Shown: positions 63,275-64,000 of the stretch, one piece after another
Layout: each line of letters begins with the position of its first letter
Position numbering within the stretch: the stretch's first letter is position 1
Assembly (NCBI GenBank): GCA_050250895.1
Contig: JBFWNU010000005.1
Coordinates: 1 to 64,000 of the forward strand
From: Vulcanimicrobiota bacterium
GTDB taxonomy: Bacteria > Vulcanimicrobiota > Xenobia > Xenobiales > JADMJV01
DNA length: 64,000 bases
Direction: 5' to 3'
Translations under genes and position numbers: made by a program
Notes under the pieces: model-generated
Told to the model about the DNA's origin: nothing
The model's database searches: none
What the model saw: only the letters and a program-made list of their open reading frames with translations

Positions 63275-64000
63275 ATGCAACCCCGATCGATGGTGTTCAT
63301 CGGCAGCAAAGAGCTCGGCTACCAAATCCTGACGGCCACTCTTGAAGCGTTCCCCGGCAAGATCACTGCGGTGGTGACCCTCGACGACCGTCAGGACCAG
63401 CGTAGCTGCTATGACCTGCTGGTCGAACTGGGCCAACGGCACCAGCTGCCTGTCTACACGCTCGACAAACCCTCGCAATTGGCCGCGGTGCTCACTCGGG
63501 AAAGTCCTGACCTGTGCCTGGTGGTGGGTTGGTACTGGCTCATCCCCGAGGCTCTTCTGAACGCCGTGCCCGCTGGCTTCGTGGCCATCCATAACTCGCT
63601 TTTGCCCCGCTATCGGGGTGGCTCGCCTCTGGTGTGGGCCTTTCTCCAGGGAGAGACCGAAGTGGGGTTTTCGGTGTTTCGGCTACAACCGGGCCTCGAT
63701 GACGGTCCGCTCTGGGCCCAGCACCGCGTCCCGGTGCACCCCGACGACTACATCGGTGACCTGCTAGCGCGCGTCAATGGGGCGGTGGTGGCCGCCTGGC
63801 CGTCGGTGCTTTCCACTATCGTGGACGGTCAGGAGCCCAGTCCGCAGAGGGACCATGGAGTGACGTTCTGCGGCTTGCGGGCCCCCTGGATGGGGCAGAT
63901 CGACTGGTCTTTGCCGGCCGATGACCTCGAGCGCTTTGTGCGGGCTCAGTCGCGGCCTTATCCCGGTGCCTTCAGTTTCTATCAGGGCCGAAAGGCTATC
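63275..64000 (+). CDS. Formyltransferase (Fmt/ArnA-like), truncated by the window end; not in the ORF track
   Basis: Manual translation: PDLCLVVGWYWLIP, IHNSLLPRYRGGSPLVWA, LDDGP and VRAQSRPYPGAF. Confidence 0.88.
   Translation, partial: MQPRSMVFIGSKELGYQILTATLEAFPGKITAVVTLDDRQDQRSCYDLLVELGQRHQLPVYTLDKPSQLAAVLTRESPDLCLVVGWYWLIPEALLNAVPAGFVAIHNSLLPRYRGGSPLVWAFLQGETEVGFSVFRLQPGLDDGPLWAQHRVPVHPDDYIGDLLARVNGAVVAAWPSVLSTIVDGQEPSPQRDHGVTFCGLRAPWMGQIDWSLPADDLERFVRAQSRPYPGAFSFYQGRKAI

Overview
High-GC (about 65% by eye) bacterial chromosomal segment with roughly 60 protein-coding genes. I saw no rRNA, tRNA, CRISPR array or integrase. Gene style loosely recalls Vulcanimicrobiota/Eremiobacterota, but that is only an impression. 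Recognisable content: an lvaABC-like phosphotransferase/acyl-CoA dehydrogenase operon, nupC plus a truncated KdpD/KdpE pair, two RecQ helicases, a Ser/Thr kinase, an FHA-GGDEF cyclase, a REC-TPR-BTAD (SARP-like) regulator with a GAF histidine kinase, a minor-pilin/PilC cluster, a cyanophycinase/isoaspartyl peptidase pair, Clp-N-only proteins and an HNH element. Main observation: nine promoter regions share a fixed geometry, (TTNAS-like)-N6-(TTNAS-like)-N10-TANNNT, five of them with the start codon 6-7 nt later. This is OmpR/PhoB/SARP-type 11-bp direct-repeat geometry. The TTCAG-type subclass precedes scattered effector-like genes: GlpD, a truncated divergent pyruvate kinase, a ppGpp-hydrolase-like HD protein, a six-repeat GDxxYWS protein and a harpin/HrpF-like pair. 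This suggests an undescribed co-regulated set of possibly exported proteins. A separate low-GC three-gene cassette led by a TIGR04255-like gene is a candidate defence or toxin-antitoxin system. All family calls come from motif recognition by eye, not database searches.
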